Shown here in pieces: positions 14,701-28,348 of a stretch of 64,000 bases of DNA; position 1 is the first letter of the stretch; each line of letters opens with the position of its first letter. Under the pieces are notes generated by a model. It saw nothing but the letters and a program-made list of their open reading frames with translations, was not told the DNA's origin and made no database searches. This DNA comes from Daphnia carinata (lineage: Eukaryota), in the NCBI RefSeq assembly GCF_022539665.2, contig NC_081331.1, forward strand, positions 12,152,001 to 12,216,000, read 5' to 3'. Both the position numbers and the translations under genes were made by a program.

Positions 14701-17700
14701 ATGATTGTCGTAGCTTCTGGGGAAGCCTTTCGGCGTCTCCGCTATCTATATTCCACTTCAGTGACTGCAAAATTGAATTCGTTGTAAATTCCAACAACTT
14801 CCCTGTCTTTCTTTCGTCGCACGCTTCTGCGAGAACAGAAAGAAAAGGAGACATCGATTAGGAAAACGAAGTTACAGCGAAAAAAGGAATACGATAGTGG
14901 CAGTGAAACAAGATTAGACCACAGTCAAAACTGAATAGATGTGACACTGCATAATGCGCTGCCAATAGCCTTCTTTGTCATTCCAATTTCGTTCGCGAAA
15001 TTCGGAGGAAAAATGATGTGTTGTACAATCGGACATCTGAGATGCGAGTTATCCACTCGTCACTTTTTACAATACGATAACACAAGAGTCACCTATACAA
15101 TTTGAGGAGCAGTTCAGATATTATTCAAGCACACGAACGTCTACATTAAAGTAGGAATGTCTATTGTAAAACATGAGCGAAAATTCGACTATTGGATGAG
15201 ATCAAATGGAAAAACGCATCTTGCTAGTCTTTGTTCCTTTGTGCTAAACTCGTTGATCTTTTAACGAACGCTTCGTTTTTTTTTATACTCCGTCTAGTGC
15301 ATAAACGTTCTTCCTTCTTTTTTTTCTTTCCCCTTCTCTGGCGTTTTAATATATAAATAGCAGCAATATGATGAGAAACTATCTTGAGCCATTTCTTTTG
15401 TCGCTGGCAGTTTCCTCGGTTGCTCTACTCATTTCATCTGCAACGTTATTGAGGTGCTCTACCTTTTATTATATACGTTGCACACCGTATACCGAATATA
15501 GAACTGTGTTAACGCTCTATTTTTACTTTAATGAAAGTGGCGATATAACACTACAGAGCTCTATATCGTGCCTTCCCCTCTTTAAAAATTGGTTTGTCGA
15601 CGATGCTCTGAACGCGTAAGCGATGAATAGCCGCAGACTCGCGTATATACGTGACCAGTATACCTAAATAGAAGGAAGAGTGACGCTGATGATCCGATAT
15701 AAGCCAGCCATCATGTGAGAATTTTCTTCTTTTTTCTGAAAAAAATGAGAATACGTTATAGCACCTTCTTTATCCAACCAATCGAACATTCAGGCTGGGT
15801 ATACACCATTAATACGAAGTGCCATAGAATCGAATCATATTTATATGCGTTTAATAAGCACGTATTATGTATGCTAGACGAGGCGAGACAACGCAGCAGG
15901 ATATTACCTATAATAAATGAACAATGTCCTGGTTAATGCAACACGGCCATTACAATCACTCAGGTAGACAGGAAGTCGACTGTTCCGCCATTACACACAA
16001 ATATAGTGCCACCGATTATTGATTCCATCAATAAAGGTCTACGGACACCAGGACTGAAATGAATACCTTAATAGCAATAGCCATACACTATCAAACAAAT
16101 TTTATCAGCATTTTTTATCATTCTCGTTCTAATGGTTGTATTTAAATAAATAGAGAATAAATGCCAACGGTAGGCATGTATATTATTTTGTGACCTTTAG
16201 TGTAATGCACTGCACTTAATGATCCGATTCGAGCGTTATATCCAATGGGAAGTTATAGCCTTCGGTTAACAGTAGTTGGTGCGCTAGCACGTTACTGCAC
16301 TAGCGCGTTCATTAATCAGCCACATTTCAAAAGCAGTTGATTTGACGAAAAAAAAATCGTTTTTTCTGAATCAGAATTTAATTTTGAGTATATTGTGTGA
16401 TTTTTAATGCATTCCAAGAGATATCGATTTTTTGCAGATTTTGACAAAAGTGAGAAGGCAATAGCCTTCCCACTTTTCATTTTTGGCTAAAATCTAGATA
16501 TCGTTCAAAATACATGGTTTCGATCCAAAATTGAACGAAAATCACGAATATCAAGTTTATTTAGATGCAAGTCTAATCACGAAATGAGTTATTTCAAATC
16601 AAAGTGGTTAGTCTAACACCGTTTTAACCCGATTTTACTCAAAAACCACTCAACTTATTGGAAAACTAATATTTTTTCTCGAAATAAATGATCAGTTTTG
16701 GTTATAGAAGGTTATTTTAAATGAATTCAAGCTATTTTTCGTGAAAAAGTCGGCTTTGAAAAATAAGGCCCAACAAAATAAATCTGACAAAATAAGCCCG
16801 ACTTGATTAATCGTAATCAATTTGTTTAAAAATCCATATAGGGCTATGAAAACACATAATTTTGAATCAAAATTGAACAAGCATCACGAATATCGACTTA
16901 TCTAAGCCCGAAGTTTCCATTTTTTGTATTTATAGGCTAGACATTAACAGTTTTCTCCCGATTGTAATCTTCCAAACTGATGTCTTTCTTCCTCCCCACT
17001 ACATATTCAAGTATATCAGCTTTACCATCAAAACTGAAGGCTACTGAAAATTCAAACTGTATATGTCTTGTCTTTCTCGCATTTTTTTTTCTTTTCTTGT
17101 TGTAATCGCTTATCGGTATAAGCAATACCTGCTAGAAGAGCGTGACTGAGGTTTTCCTTTTGCCTTCGTGAGTAGTATTGACAGTACTTAAAAAACGCAA
17201 ACCACACAATAGAATGGCTATATAATAGACAACACATGGAAGGGCTAGATTTATCGTGATATAGCGGTCGAAGTCATTGAACAAAGTTCCTATATTTAAC
17301 GTTCGGCAGTAACGCAATGCTTTTCTTTTTTTTTTTAATGTTTTACAGCTAAACTTGACGCCGTGAAAACATACATGCGGATGCGTCGAGTACCTCGGCA
17401 CTTGCAAGTGAAAGTCATCAAGTGGTTCGACTATTTGTGGTTCACCCAGAAGAGCTCCGATGAGGAAAAATCCGTCGGCGGGTTACCCGGTAAGATGTTT
17501 TGTTATTATACTCTTGCTGACGCAAAATCAAAAATAGTGTGGCACGCTATTTAGGCAGGTCTATAAATTTTCTCATATGAAACAAGTTTTGCAATGGATG
17601 GGGTTTGGATCCAAAAGTAGACTTTACGTGTCATATTAAGCCAGCAATTCAAATTACATTGAATTTTTACACGCAGTACAAGATTCACAGTTTTTCATTT

Positions 17701-20700
17701 TAGAATTTATAAGTCAAACTGTATTTAATGAAATAAGAAAAAATTGTTGAACAAAAAATCGATAGAAGAAAATTTTAGAGGTTCACATTTGTGCTGGTAT
17801 CAGATGCACGCTTGATGCTCAACAGAGTTAACTGATGTGTAAAATGGCGAAGAAGGCTGCTCTGAATAATGACGTGATTCAACTGAACTGTTGCCTGTTA
17901 TAGAGCTCTATATCTATATAGACCCATAATAGATTATGCGGCTTATGCGAAAAAGGGCTATGCAAACGCTACGTCTATACGAACCGATTCCGATCACGAG
18001 CCTTTTTAGCAACGTATATGCGAAAGAAAGAGAGAGAGAAACTAGACGGAGGGGAAAGCCTTTCTCCCACCCCCACTAAAATATGGTAAAGGCGACAGTT
18101 TTGCATTTCTCGTAGCATTCCCGAGGGTTGGACGAAAAAGGACGAATATCAAAATGGGATTCTTCTTTCCTTTTTGTTGGCGTAATTTATATGCAGTTAT
18201 TTTGTGAATACCAAGGGCCTTGAATTTTTATGATGTAATCTAAGTCTACATAAATTCCATTCTATGTAGAAAGTCATAAACTCTTTCCAAGAGAACAAAA
18301 ATCATATTTTATGGCTAGTGCTAAGTGTTTATTAAATTTGGGTTTTGCTACAGGGTGAGCGCAGAGAGGGAAAAAAGAACAAGATATAAGTACCAATTGA
18401 CGAAAAAGTAACATTTGTAGTGATCAATTCACCTTTAGCCAGCTGTTTTTATAGCATAAAATAATATCTAAAAACGACTTTAGTTTGCTAAAACAAAAAT
18501 GAGAAAGCGATAAATGGCTCCTATAAGAAGTAGATCATTTTCGTTCTTGTTCACCCTGACGATACAGACAAGCTGAAAGCGGAAATTGCTATTCACGTTC
18601 ACCTGGACACGCTGAAGCGAGTAGAGATCTTCCAGAACACTGAAGCCGGTTTCCTGTGCGAGCTCGTCCTTCGATTAAGACCTGTCCTCTTTTCACCCGG
18701 CGATTACATCTGCCGTAAAGGTACCTATTACGTTTTCTCATTTTCAAAAAAGGTTTTTATCGATTGCCTCGTACAGTTGAAACCCCTAGATATTTTGGGA
18801 AAGAAATTTGCCATCTACTTGACACGAAATGTGTGAGCTTAAATTAACATGTTATCTTTTCTAAAACTTGTAGGAGAGGTCGGTAAAGAAATGTACATCG
18901 TCAATCGTGGAAGACTTCAGGTAGTAGCGGACAATGGACGCACGGTGTTGGCTACTTTGAAAGCTGGATCCTACTTTGGAGAGATTAGCATTCTCAATAT
19001 GGGAACAGCAGGTATAAACGCTAAAACAATGGCATTCCAATTTGACTCTTCACAAAATAAAAGTAGGTTTTCAGACATGATAATTGATTACTTTGCAATA
19101 GGCAATCGAAGGACGGCCTCGGTTCGTTCGGTTGGCTACAGCGACCTGTTTGTCCTCTCTAAAAAGGATATGTGGGACGTTTTGAAGGAATATCCGGCCG
19201 CTCGAGTCCGACTGGAAGCCATCGCCGTCAAGCGATTGGAAAAGTACAAAAAAGCTCCACTGGAAAAAGGTACGACCTGAGAAACAAAACAAGATGTGGA
19301 CATTATGATGAAACGGATCAATACGTAAGGGGTCATACACGCACATACGAATGTGGGGTAGCAATAGAAGCCTCTAGTGGGTGATTACTTAAAAAAGAAA
19401 CTAGACAGCTATAAATACATGTATGTATGTAGTTCGTGAGGGGTTGTGAAAGGCTATCATCATCAGTCCCAATAACGATGGTCACTGTCTAACCGTAATA
19501 ATGAATGCGATTGGGGAAAAGCATTCCGTCTTTGTGACGTGTTCGATCGTTGATAATGACGATAATATTACGACGTCACTAACAGCTGCTTTAGGGCGGA
19601 GTCATTCCACACCTGGGCTCGTCGAGTCCAGCGGACGAATTCCCCTCGAGCGGATGGAGCTGACCAACACACACCCTCTTCACTTGCCGTCCAATCCCGA
19701 GTCAGCCAACATCGTCAGGTAAAATTTATGGACCTAATCCTACCCAATTATAAAGCGTAACATGTTCGTACATATACCTAGATCAAGTGCTGGGTCATCT
19801 TCATCGACTGGCACTGGCGGTGAGAGCCGCTGCAGCTTCCGCACGAGCCGGAGGAGTTCCGCATTGCAGCAACAACAGCCCCTCCTCACCCCGCAGTTCT
19901 TTGGTGATCCATCCGCTGGTAGTCTCCTGATGCCACCTGCATTCTTAGCCTCAGGTACGAAACATCATAATTTCCCCTATGTTCTTACAACATACTCGCA
20001 CCGACGGGGCTCGTAACCAAGATTAGGTGTAGGAAATTACTGTTTACGGTTAGATTTGAATTAGTTTAGCGTGAAGGGCACGTTTGCATGAACTATAAGG
20101 AAAAGTATCGGTGTTAAAAAATGTATAGCTTAAAAGCGTCGGCGTTATTTAAAGATATTTTGCCGAATGTGTAACACTGAAAATAGATCTCACTTTGAAC
20201 TTTCACAGAGAAGCATCATCATTCATCATTCACAGTCCCCCCAAATGGAAGAGTGAACTCCATGCAACAATGCTCATTCCGTCCTACCTACACTCTCTTT
20301 GTTTATTTGTCAACTACACTGACGTTGCTGCTGTGTTGATTCACTTTTCTCCCAATATCTCCGCCCTCTTTGCTAGAAGGTCCACGTTCAATAATGGAAA
20401 ACGATGGGAAAAGGTGATAAGCCAATGAATGCTCTTGTTCTGCGCAGTGCAACGCTATCCAAAATGGATGGGTTTACGCGGAAGCAAACAAGTTGAACGC
20501 ATTCGACACGTTTGCAGTGAAGCAAGTCAGTCGTGTAGACAGACACTAGGCGACAGAATGTCTAAAAACAGAATAAAAAAACTTGTCAATTAAATCGATA
20601 GTAGAGAAATTGCGCATAAAAGAAGATAACGTTTGCATCTATATCTTTAGTGTATCATCTCCCATTTGCATGTCTATCCATTCTACAAAGATATGGCGTA

Positions 20701-23700
20701 AAACATTCAATGCTAACGATTTGACACGTTAAATATAGCCATAAAAGCACTTTGAATAGTTGGAATTGCAGGCCTAATGCTCCAAAACGTAACGCCTACT
20801 CAACTTTAAGAAAAAAAAAAGTATAAAAGCGCTATGCCTGGATCATATTGGCTTACACACTAAGTATAGGCTATATGTCGGTATTACTGAAGCTCACCTT
20901 TTATATTCGATTCCCAAGAATTTTCAATCTACAAATTCAATTGACGTCATACTGGAATAACAGGAGCTTTTTTTTTTCTCCCGTTCCAACCGATGATAAC
21001 ATTCACTTTGATGCAGTACCGTTGCCATGCGCTTTTTAGTCCCAGTCTCAAGGGTTTCTCCAGTTCCTCGGTACAAATGGAATGTCGACAGGCCTGTCGG
21101 CATATATGTTTTATATCGTGGCACCTATCTCTTGGGCGATTAGAGATGAAGCCAATGCGTAGTGACAGATAGAGAGATCTATGCGTCAGTAGATGTCAGA
21201 TAGTGATAATTCTGTTACAGACTGGCAGTTCATTTAGAATAGGAGCGCATCTCGAATGCGTGATCTAATAAAATCAAATGAAGATGAATCCAAAACGAGG
21301 TTGGAATTGTGAAATACCTTATTTACACGTTCAAGCACTGGGCTGGAAATTCGGTCCTCGCACGATACGCTGAGTTTAAGCCATTTCCAGTCTTCTCTTT
21401 TCACGCAAGTGAAACAAATAGTGAAGCTGAGAAAGAAGCGCAATTCTCAAACTACCATCGTTAAAGAACTCAAGGGGATTGCTGGCAGTAGAAAAAGAGA
21501 AGAAGGGGGGACAGAGATAGAGGTATTAGGAAATTGGGACGGCCGTGTGTGTCTTGTTTGCTTGCCCAGCTCTCGGACTCTTAGGAGAAATAGCGAAATG
21601 GTAAATGTTCCTGTTTTCTGCTAGGCAACCAACTTTGCTATCCTGTATATGGACATTGAAAAGCTCTGCCATTTCTGGAATAGTCTAGTCTTATTTCTCG
21701 GGCCTCTCTGTCTCTCTTTATGGGCGCAGAAAAGTTGCAACGTCTCCGTGCACGTCGGCTAAAGTCGGGAATTTTAATAGGGGCGTGTCCACCATGTAAG
21801 ACCACTTGGGACTGAAGAGGCAAGTTCTAACGACAGAAGCACTGTACATACATACTCATCAGACTGATTCTAAATAAACTATGCGAACTTCAGTCGACTA
21901 GCGTGCATAATCAAAACTCATACAAGTTGAAAACACATTTCACGTGAGCCCTTTTTTCTTTGAGCATTTCGTTGCCAGGAACTCAGCGAAGAGTAGCTGA
22001 ACTTTTGGGAATGCGCCAAAAAACATTACAGTTTCATGAAGCCTGGACATTTAAGTTTGTTCTATAAGAGCGCAAAAACAATCTTAGCTTAACACCGATT
22101 TTCTTTTTACATAATCGGATGGCCTTTGTTGTTGTGTAGAATCTATCTCTGAATAGAACTTTTTTTTTGCTTTATTCTCTATAGTAATTTTAGTGCGTTC
22201 AGATAATGATATGGTTAGTGTGGCCAACACGACATATTGCGGTTCTAGGTAGCAACCGACGTGCTACGTATACGAGTGTAGTTACGTCTTACCTGATGAG
22301 AAACTAGGATCCAAAAACAAAAAAAAGAGGCAACAATAAATGAAACAGCGGTACCCAAAAGCCCCTCAGCTAGATTTCCCAAGCGACAGAGGGCCTTTTC
22401 TTTTATTGTTCTATATACTTTTGCTTTTCTTGAATCAGCCCAAGGAGCGGGCGGAACGCGCATCAGTAACATCAAAGAGCTTATGTATATAGGCCCTGTT
22501 TACATGCCAGAATACATGTCCAGTGTGCACGTCTATAAGCGGCAGAATAGCCCGAGTTGCTAAAACCATAAAACAAAAGACGAGCAACATTTAAGTCCCC
22601 AAAGGACATTGAAACTTCACGAGAGACAAACTCTAATAAGAACCTGGAATCGTGTTAAAAAACTAAGGACACGTTGAGTGGATGCGAAAGAGTCAAAGAT
22701 TCCACTTACACGTCAAGTTGAGGATGAAAAATGTGACGGCCGCGCCTTGATATACTATACAGTCGACATGTTATAGCTTCAAAAGTGCAAGCTAGAGTAA
22801 TATGGCTGTCTACGATGGACGATGGGCGTCGCGGCGCCAATCTTCTAGCAGGCCTGCAAGTTGACGATATATGGCGTCTAATCAAATTCTTGTGCCCGCA
22901 TCCCACCACTGTTTTCCGGCTACCAGTAGATGCTGGACCACTTGGCAAATCGAGAAAACCGGACACCATCAATAGCTGTCACCCGGAGTCGGTTGCCAAA
23001 CATTTGCGCTAAGAGATGCCCGTGTCCGGCATAACCGGAGAGCAGCTTATCCTTTCTTTTTGTAAATTACTCGCTTGGTACCAAATCAAATTCTTTTGTT
23101 ACCAGGTGAAGAACGTAGGTTAGAGGAGAAACTAATGAACCTGAGTACAACGACTCGAGAGTTTAACGAATAGAAGAGTGTCATCTATGAAGTACGACTG
23201 GCTCTATCCTTGCATGTTATTTTACCTCTCTTCTCACCATCAGAATTTCTCGTAATCGAGTAAGGAATCATGTTGCTTCTCAGAGGAGCTAAGACCTTTA
23301 ACTACCCAATGAATTTTCAGTAAAATTTGGCCACTTAATAAGCTCCTCAATTGGTTTTTAAAGTAAAAGATTCTGGAACAACTATCAGGCTAACATATGA
23401 TACATGTGTAAGCGGGCGTGTAATATGGCGACGGCTAAATATGTTTAGCATTCTCACATTTGACCTAGCACAACTGAAACTAACTTTTTACTGTTTGCTT
23501 TTGATTTGACAGGAGGTGTAGGCAACCGGAGTACTTCTCCTGGAACGTCGCGGGATTTGGTGGTGTTGGAGCCACCGATCCTGAAGACTTTACCACCAGC
23601 TGATGCATTAGTGGCTGAAATCAACCGGTTACGCGAGAGGTTGTTGATGCTCGAGTCGGAGAACACGTCACTCAGCGCAAAATTGAACCGACAGCAATGG

Positions 23701-23808
23701 GAGGTCGAAAATCGCCTAGCCGAGATAGAAATGCAAATATGTGGGGCAGGCAGCCCGGCTGATAGTGCCACTGATGACAACGAACGTAATTTCGAATCGG
23801 CTATTTAA
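11725..23808 (+). CDS. Cyclic nucleotide-gated cation channel, alpha-type subunit (multi-exon)
   Basis: Hand-spliced GT-AG exons with consistent phases: 11725(ATG; acceptor at 11701)-13069, 17349-17489, 18568-18720, 18874-19011, 19102-19269, 19586-19718, 19782-19954, 23513-23808. It has six TM segments, a pore (TLTLTTTGG), a C-linker ([17 protein letters not shown]), a CNBD ([38 protein letters not shown]) and a C-terminal coiled coil. An upstream coding or UTR exon may exist. Confidence 0.93.
13520..14181 (-). CDS. Small secreted (cuticle-protein-like) protein, 186 aa, nested antisense in a CNG intron
   Basis: A 12-nt first exon ATGAATTTTTTT (14181-14170) is followed by GTAAG, a pyrimidine-rich acceptor and exon 2 (14068-13520). 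This gives [18 protein letters not shown]..., a signal-peptide-like N-terminus. A TCAGT initiator-like motif lies just upstream and AATAAA is at 13450-13445. Confidence 0.78.
16360..16915. repeat. AT-rich putative non-autonomous transposon remnant in a CNG intron
   Basis: Internal imperfect direct repeat AAAATTGAAC..ATCACGAATATC at ~16527 and ~16869. No clear termini were identified. Confidence 0.3.
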
Positions 23809-24580
23809 ACGGGAAAATGCTCGGATCCTTGTGTGAACTGTGGCGATTAACTGGAAGCTTATTTTCCGCATTCCTTCTAGCTCTCTTCGTCACTGTGCTT
23901 GTGTATAAAGAAAGAAAAAGACATCAAACAAATACTGATACTTCAACAAAAAAACAAACACGTATCTTCTTCGTTGACGATCTCTATATAGTGTAAAAGT
24001 GACGCCGAAATTTATATGCTTTACTTCAAGGATTGCTGTTTATTTTAACCTAAGTGCACGATAGTCGCCACCAAACACCAACAACAAGAGCATCAAGCAA
24101 GGCATCCTCATCCAATTGTTTGTGGAAGACGTTGATTTTGCTGACCGTGCTGAACTGTTATGTCAGCTACGACTTTGTTGCGTTTGATTTTCGTTGGCAC
24201 AATGTACAATTCACGCTATTTTCCGAAACAGTTATGATAGATTTTCTTCTTGCTTTTGACTCTACACCACTGTTCCTGTTTGACTCCTAGTCTGCCATTT
24301 CTAGACACACTCTTTCCTCTACCTTCAATAGATCTTTCAGCTAAAATTCCTTTAAAAAATTGTTATGACGCCGGTATCCATCCACCGCTCTCAACATGTA
24401 GCACCAATTGTCGAGATTGAATTCGACATTGTACAGTTTGCATTCGAGATCGTTTTTTTTCATCACCAGACCTTTTTAATTCTACTTGAAAGTTCAATTG
24501 TCACTGTTTCACTCCATTTAAAACAAACCACGAAAAATGATGAGAAAACGACAGAATACAAGAAACGTTGGATAATGTTA

Positions 24581-27279
24581 TCAACGTTGCCTCTTTTTCT
24601 TGTTAGGGTTGGGCCGCCGCTTGAGCAACACGTAGGGAATTCTTTTGCAATAATTCTCACTAAACCAAGGGATGTAGAAAGCTCTCAAAAACTGCGGTGA
24701 TCTAAATAAGAAATTTTAAACAGGGAAAGAAGAGAAATCGTAGAACTTGGCACTCGCGTTGCAATTTCTCTTCTATTTACCTGGCATTATCTAGGAAATC
24801 TACTTGAAAAATGGCCTCCCACTCAGAGGTCGTTTGACTATACTGTGGCTCGCGCTCAGTTGCTTGACCGGTTTCCAGATCCACCAAATAATGGCAATCT
24901 TTTAGGGATGCCTGATATAAGAAATAAAATTGTAGTTACACCTGTACACTTTCAGAGCATTAAAGTCGTTAGGAGAAACCTTTACATATCGCGTTGGCTC
25001 TTCTTTATTGAGGTCGTTCATGTGCGGCGGTAATGTCCAAGTCCCGTTGGGAGGCGGATCGAACGGACGTGGTAGTTGGCCCCGAAATTCAGAGGGTATA
25101 AAACGTAATTTCATGCTGAAAGTCACGGAAATGTTAATTTGTTTGTTTTTCAATCGTCATCGTTGGATTTTTTTTTTATACTTACTTATTTGGAAGGAAG
25201 AAGCTTGAAGGAAAGCGATGCCACTCTTTACCAACACAGACGTTATATTCCTTTGTGTCACCCTCATTTTCCCACGCCAAACGGTTCAGTTCAAGGAAGA
25301 CATCCATAGGGGCATGATATCCTATTTGGAGAAACCAATAAAAGCAAACATAAAAATCCATAAATCTTAATAATCTATTTGCAGTGATTAGAATTGGTTA
25401 TTGGTAGAAAAGTCTATTAAAAGGTAAACTATTTCACGTACCTCTGTATTGGCCGATAATTCGGCTAACAGAAATAAGGGATGACGAAACTACCAGCGCC
25501 AACGTCAGGGATTGCACAAATTTTTCAGACAGCTTTAATGCCCTTAAACATGATTCCGCACATGTCCAGGTGATGGCCCCAGCAAGTCCAAACTTTAAGA
25601 AAAACAACCAATCGCGGATTACTAACAAATTTGCAACACGCAAACCAAAGCTATCAGTAGTATGAATTGTACATTTAAATATTTACCAACGGATAGATAG
25701 GATAAAGGAATCTTTCCTCCTAAAACGGTGTAAATATTAGTTATTATCCAAAAGGCGGGTGGCGAACAAGCTGTGCGATCTAACCTTGTGCGGCTGGGTG
25801 AAAAATATGAGGATCCAAACGTAAAGAGGCAAAAGCGCTAGCCAAATAGGAAACGACTGATTTTTTATGGGTTTAAGTTTTCCTGTAATCAAATGAGCAG
25901 GAAGGGCCACGAGTGATAAAGGGAAAATGACGTTGAAGTTAAGAAACCCATTCAGAAAGTAAAAAGTCCACGGGGACGTTCCGTACAAGTCAGGCCCGTG
26001 ACCCGAAAATACGTTGTACAAAACGATATTCAGTGGGGCTACTACCAAGCGCCCATAGTAGTAGGAGTCAACTAGAATTAAAGGAACCTAGAAGTTGTAA
26101 AATTGTGAATTCAATCCAATGGAAACCAGGAAATTCAAAAGAAAATTTATAAGATAGGGAAACTTGACCTACCAGAATGACGAAGAGTGATATAATGCAC
26201 CAACTGATAAACATTTGCCACTTTCTTCTTAGAACTAGTGCGTCTACTGCAATTCCAATTCTGAAAACGGGAAATTTTTCATTTTAAATAAGGAACTGAA
26301 TGACAGCTATGCTTCCTCATACCCTATAATGCCAGCGAAAGGCCAACTTAAAAAGGCAGAAATTGCTGTTGCCAGAATCGCCAACACAAAGTTGCCTTGA
26401 AACCATGCACCCATTGAGATTAGAGTCATATACCTGTGTTAAGGGAATGGAATAAGGAACACAAATTTCATGAAATAATGGCTAGACCTTTACATAGAAA
26501 ATGTGGAGGGTAGAAAAGATGATGAGGACTGAAACATCCCAGCACTAAATAGAAGGAACAAAAAAGTCAGCCTTCCAACTTTTGGACCAAACTGTTGAAG
26601 AACTCCCCTATGAGATTATGGAAAAATTAAGAGAGTGGCTCTATAGTCTTACATAATTTTTCAAGTATATACTTATAAAAGTAAGTTTCACAAGTGGTAG
26701 ATGCAAAACCTAGCAGCCATCTCAAAAAGTAGAAAACTAGAACTTGGTTAGAGTGGAATATTGAATCATAGATCCACGCAGGCAGTGCATATAAATGAAG
26801 AAAAATGTAGGACCGTAAAGCAAACACTGGAGAGTATTCCCATGTTTGAAACCCCGAGCCATACAGTAAATAATGTAACTGTCAATGAAAAAAAATATCA
26901 AATGAAATTTCTTTTTTGCTTTTTATTTTCTTATAAACTTACTGGTTCCCAATAATTGTAGGTTTCATCACAGTCTGTGATGTTGTTCCAAACTGCTGCA
27001 CACAATCTAGCTGAAGCTAATGCTTTGAAAACAGTTTTTATATTCGGAGACCATATATCTTTGCTATCCTCTTTCCCGTGGCACTCTTCCTGCAACCTAC
27101 TTGAAATTCAGAATTTTAGATTCATCTGTTATAAACACAAAACTGCATTGTACATAAAAAGCTAAATGTTAACCATATTACATGGTGACTTTGTCCGGTT
27201 CTTTTTCGCGAAACAGACGATCGCTTTTTCCGCCAATCTTTCGGTTCTGAATAGACTTAGGTTTTGCTTTTTGTCCCAT
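24581..27279 (-). CDS. ALG9: Alpha-1,2-mannosyltransferase ALG9 (GT22), 13 exons
   Basis: The spliced product contains FKALASARLCAAVWNNITDCDETYNYWEP, GFQTWEYSP..ALRSY, PHKEERFLYPIYP, VCVGKEWHRFPSSFFLP, EFRGQLP and LRAFYIPW. ATG is at 27279, TGA at 24583-24581, and all introns are GT-AG and in phase. Confidence 0.95.
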
Positions 27280-27834
27280 GTTACCTTAAATTTGGACGTG
27301 TTAAGTTTGGTGGGGCGCAAACTTCTTTTCTTCAAAATTTGGAAATTAAACGATTCAGCTATCTACTTCTTATTGTCATTTTTTGTATTTTCGTCTGCCT
27401 GTTACTGGCATATGTCCAGTGTTTCCACTTTCCGCAAAGTGGTATCCCTAGAACGTTGCCAGACTGGGACATAAAATATGAAATAAATCCCTATTTAAAA
27501 AAAATAAAATCCCCAGAAAAATCCCTGTTACTTTCATGGCCTACTATAAATTTTGACAGTTGGGAATTGACAGTTATTTTCCTCTACTCCGATTGGCCGT
27601 CGAGTTACTGACATCATCATCATTCAACAAGGCCTAATGGTGTAAACAAAAAGGAACAACAAAAACTTACGGGTAGCGAATTGGGTCACATATCCCGATG
27701 ATAAGCTGCCTGCATCCACGAGCCGTCTTTCAGGCCGTGGGGAGGCTAACGAACAGCCTACGTTCAACGATCACCTCTTCTCTACCTTTCAGCTTGTGGT
27801 TCGATCTTCAGGTAGTGAACAGTACTACAGATCG

Positions 27835-27883
27835 ATTTTTAGCCTGGCAAGGCTATTTTTGCCATTTTTAGCCTGGCAAGGCT
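27835..27883. repeat. Direct repeat ATTTTTAGCCTGGCAAGGCT x2 (period 29)
   Basis: Perfect 20-mer at 27835-27854 and 27864-27883, followed by a TTC-rich tract and a triple GAA(T/G)CTTGCGT motif (28027-28081). Confidence 0.8.
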
Positions 27884-28122
27884 TTTTTTGGTGTGCCATT
27901 TAGCCCCTTTATAGTAGGCATGGCTCTTCTTTTTTCTCTTTTCTTTTCTCTCTTCTTTTTTTCTTTCTTCTTGCTTTCTCTCTTTCTTCGTCGTCTTTTC
28001 TCGTCTTCTTTTTTTCTTTCTTCGTAGAATCTTGCGTCTTGATCTGTTGTAGAAGCTTGCGTAATCCGATGAATCTTGCGTATCTTGAATGAAGATTTGG
28101 AGGGAAAGGGAGGGGGGGAAAT

Positions 28123-28195
28123 TGGCGGTGTCGGGACTTGAACCCGGGGCCTTCAGAATGCGAAGCGAAGGTGGTAACCACTGTGCCAGGACCGC
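28123..28195 (-). pseudogene. tRNA-derived sequence (Ala-CGC-like anticodon loop); pseudo-tRNA or SINE head
   Basis: GCGGTCCTGGCACAGTGGTTACC..GCTTCGCAT..CCGGGTTCAAGTCCCGACACCGCCA. The A box and B box are intact, but the D, anticodon and acceptor stems pair poorly. Confidence 0.7.
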
Positions 28196-28267
28196 ACATC
28201 TCAAACAAATTTATTTTTCATCGACATTCGTTCTAATACCGGAGCTATATAATATGTGACTAATAGT

Positions 28268-28348
28268 GGTGTCGCGCTGTGGTAGGGCGCTGTGGTATAG
28301 CACTGACATCATACGTCGACTGTCCGTGTTCGGTTCTTATAGACGCCA
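28268..28348 (+). pseudogene. Highly degenerate tRNA-like sequence
   Basis: GGTGTC...GACGCCA acceptor-like ends, a duplicated GCGCTGTGGTA A-box-like motif, and a GTTCGGTTC B-box-like motif. Confidence 0.35.

Noticed and set aside
27700..27760. HDV-ribozyme-like words (TCCACG ... GGCTAA)
   Set aside because: I could not build P1, P2 and P3 pairings in the required order.
27839..28208. K/R/E-rich minus-strand ORFs
   Set aside because: They are translations of a TTC tract plus the pseudo-tRNA.
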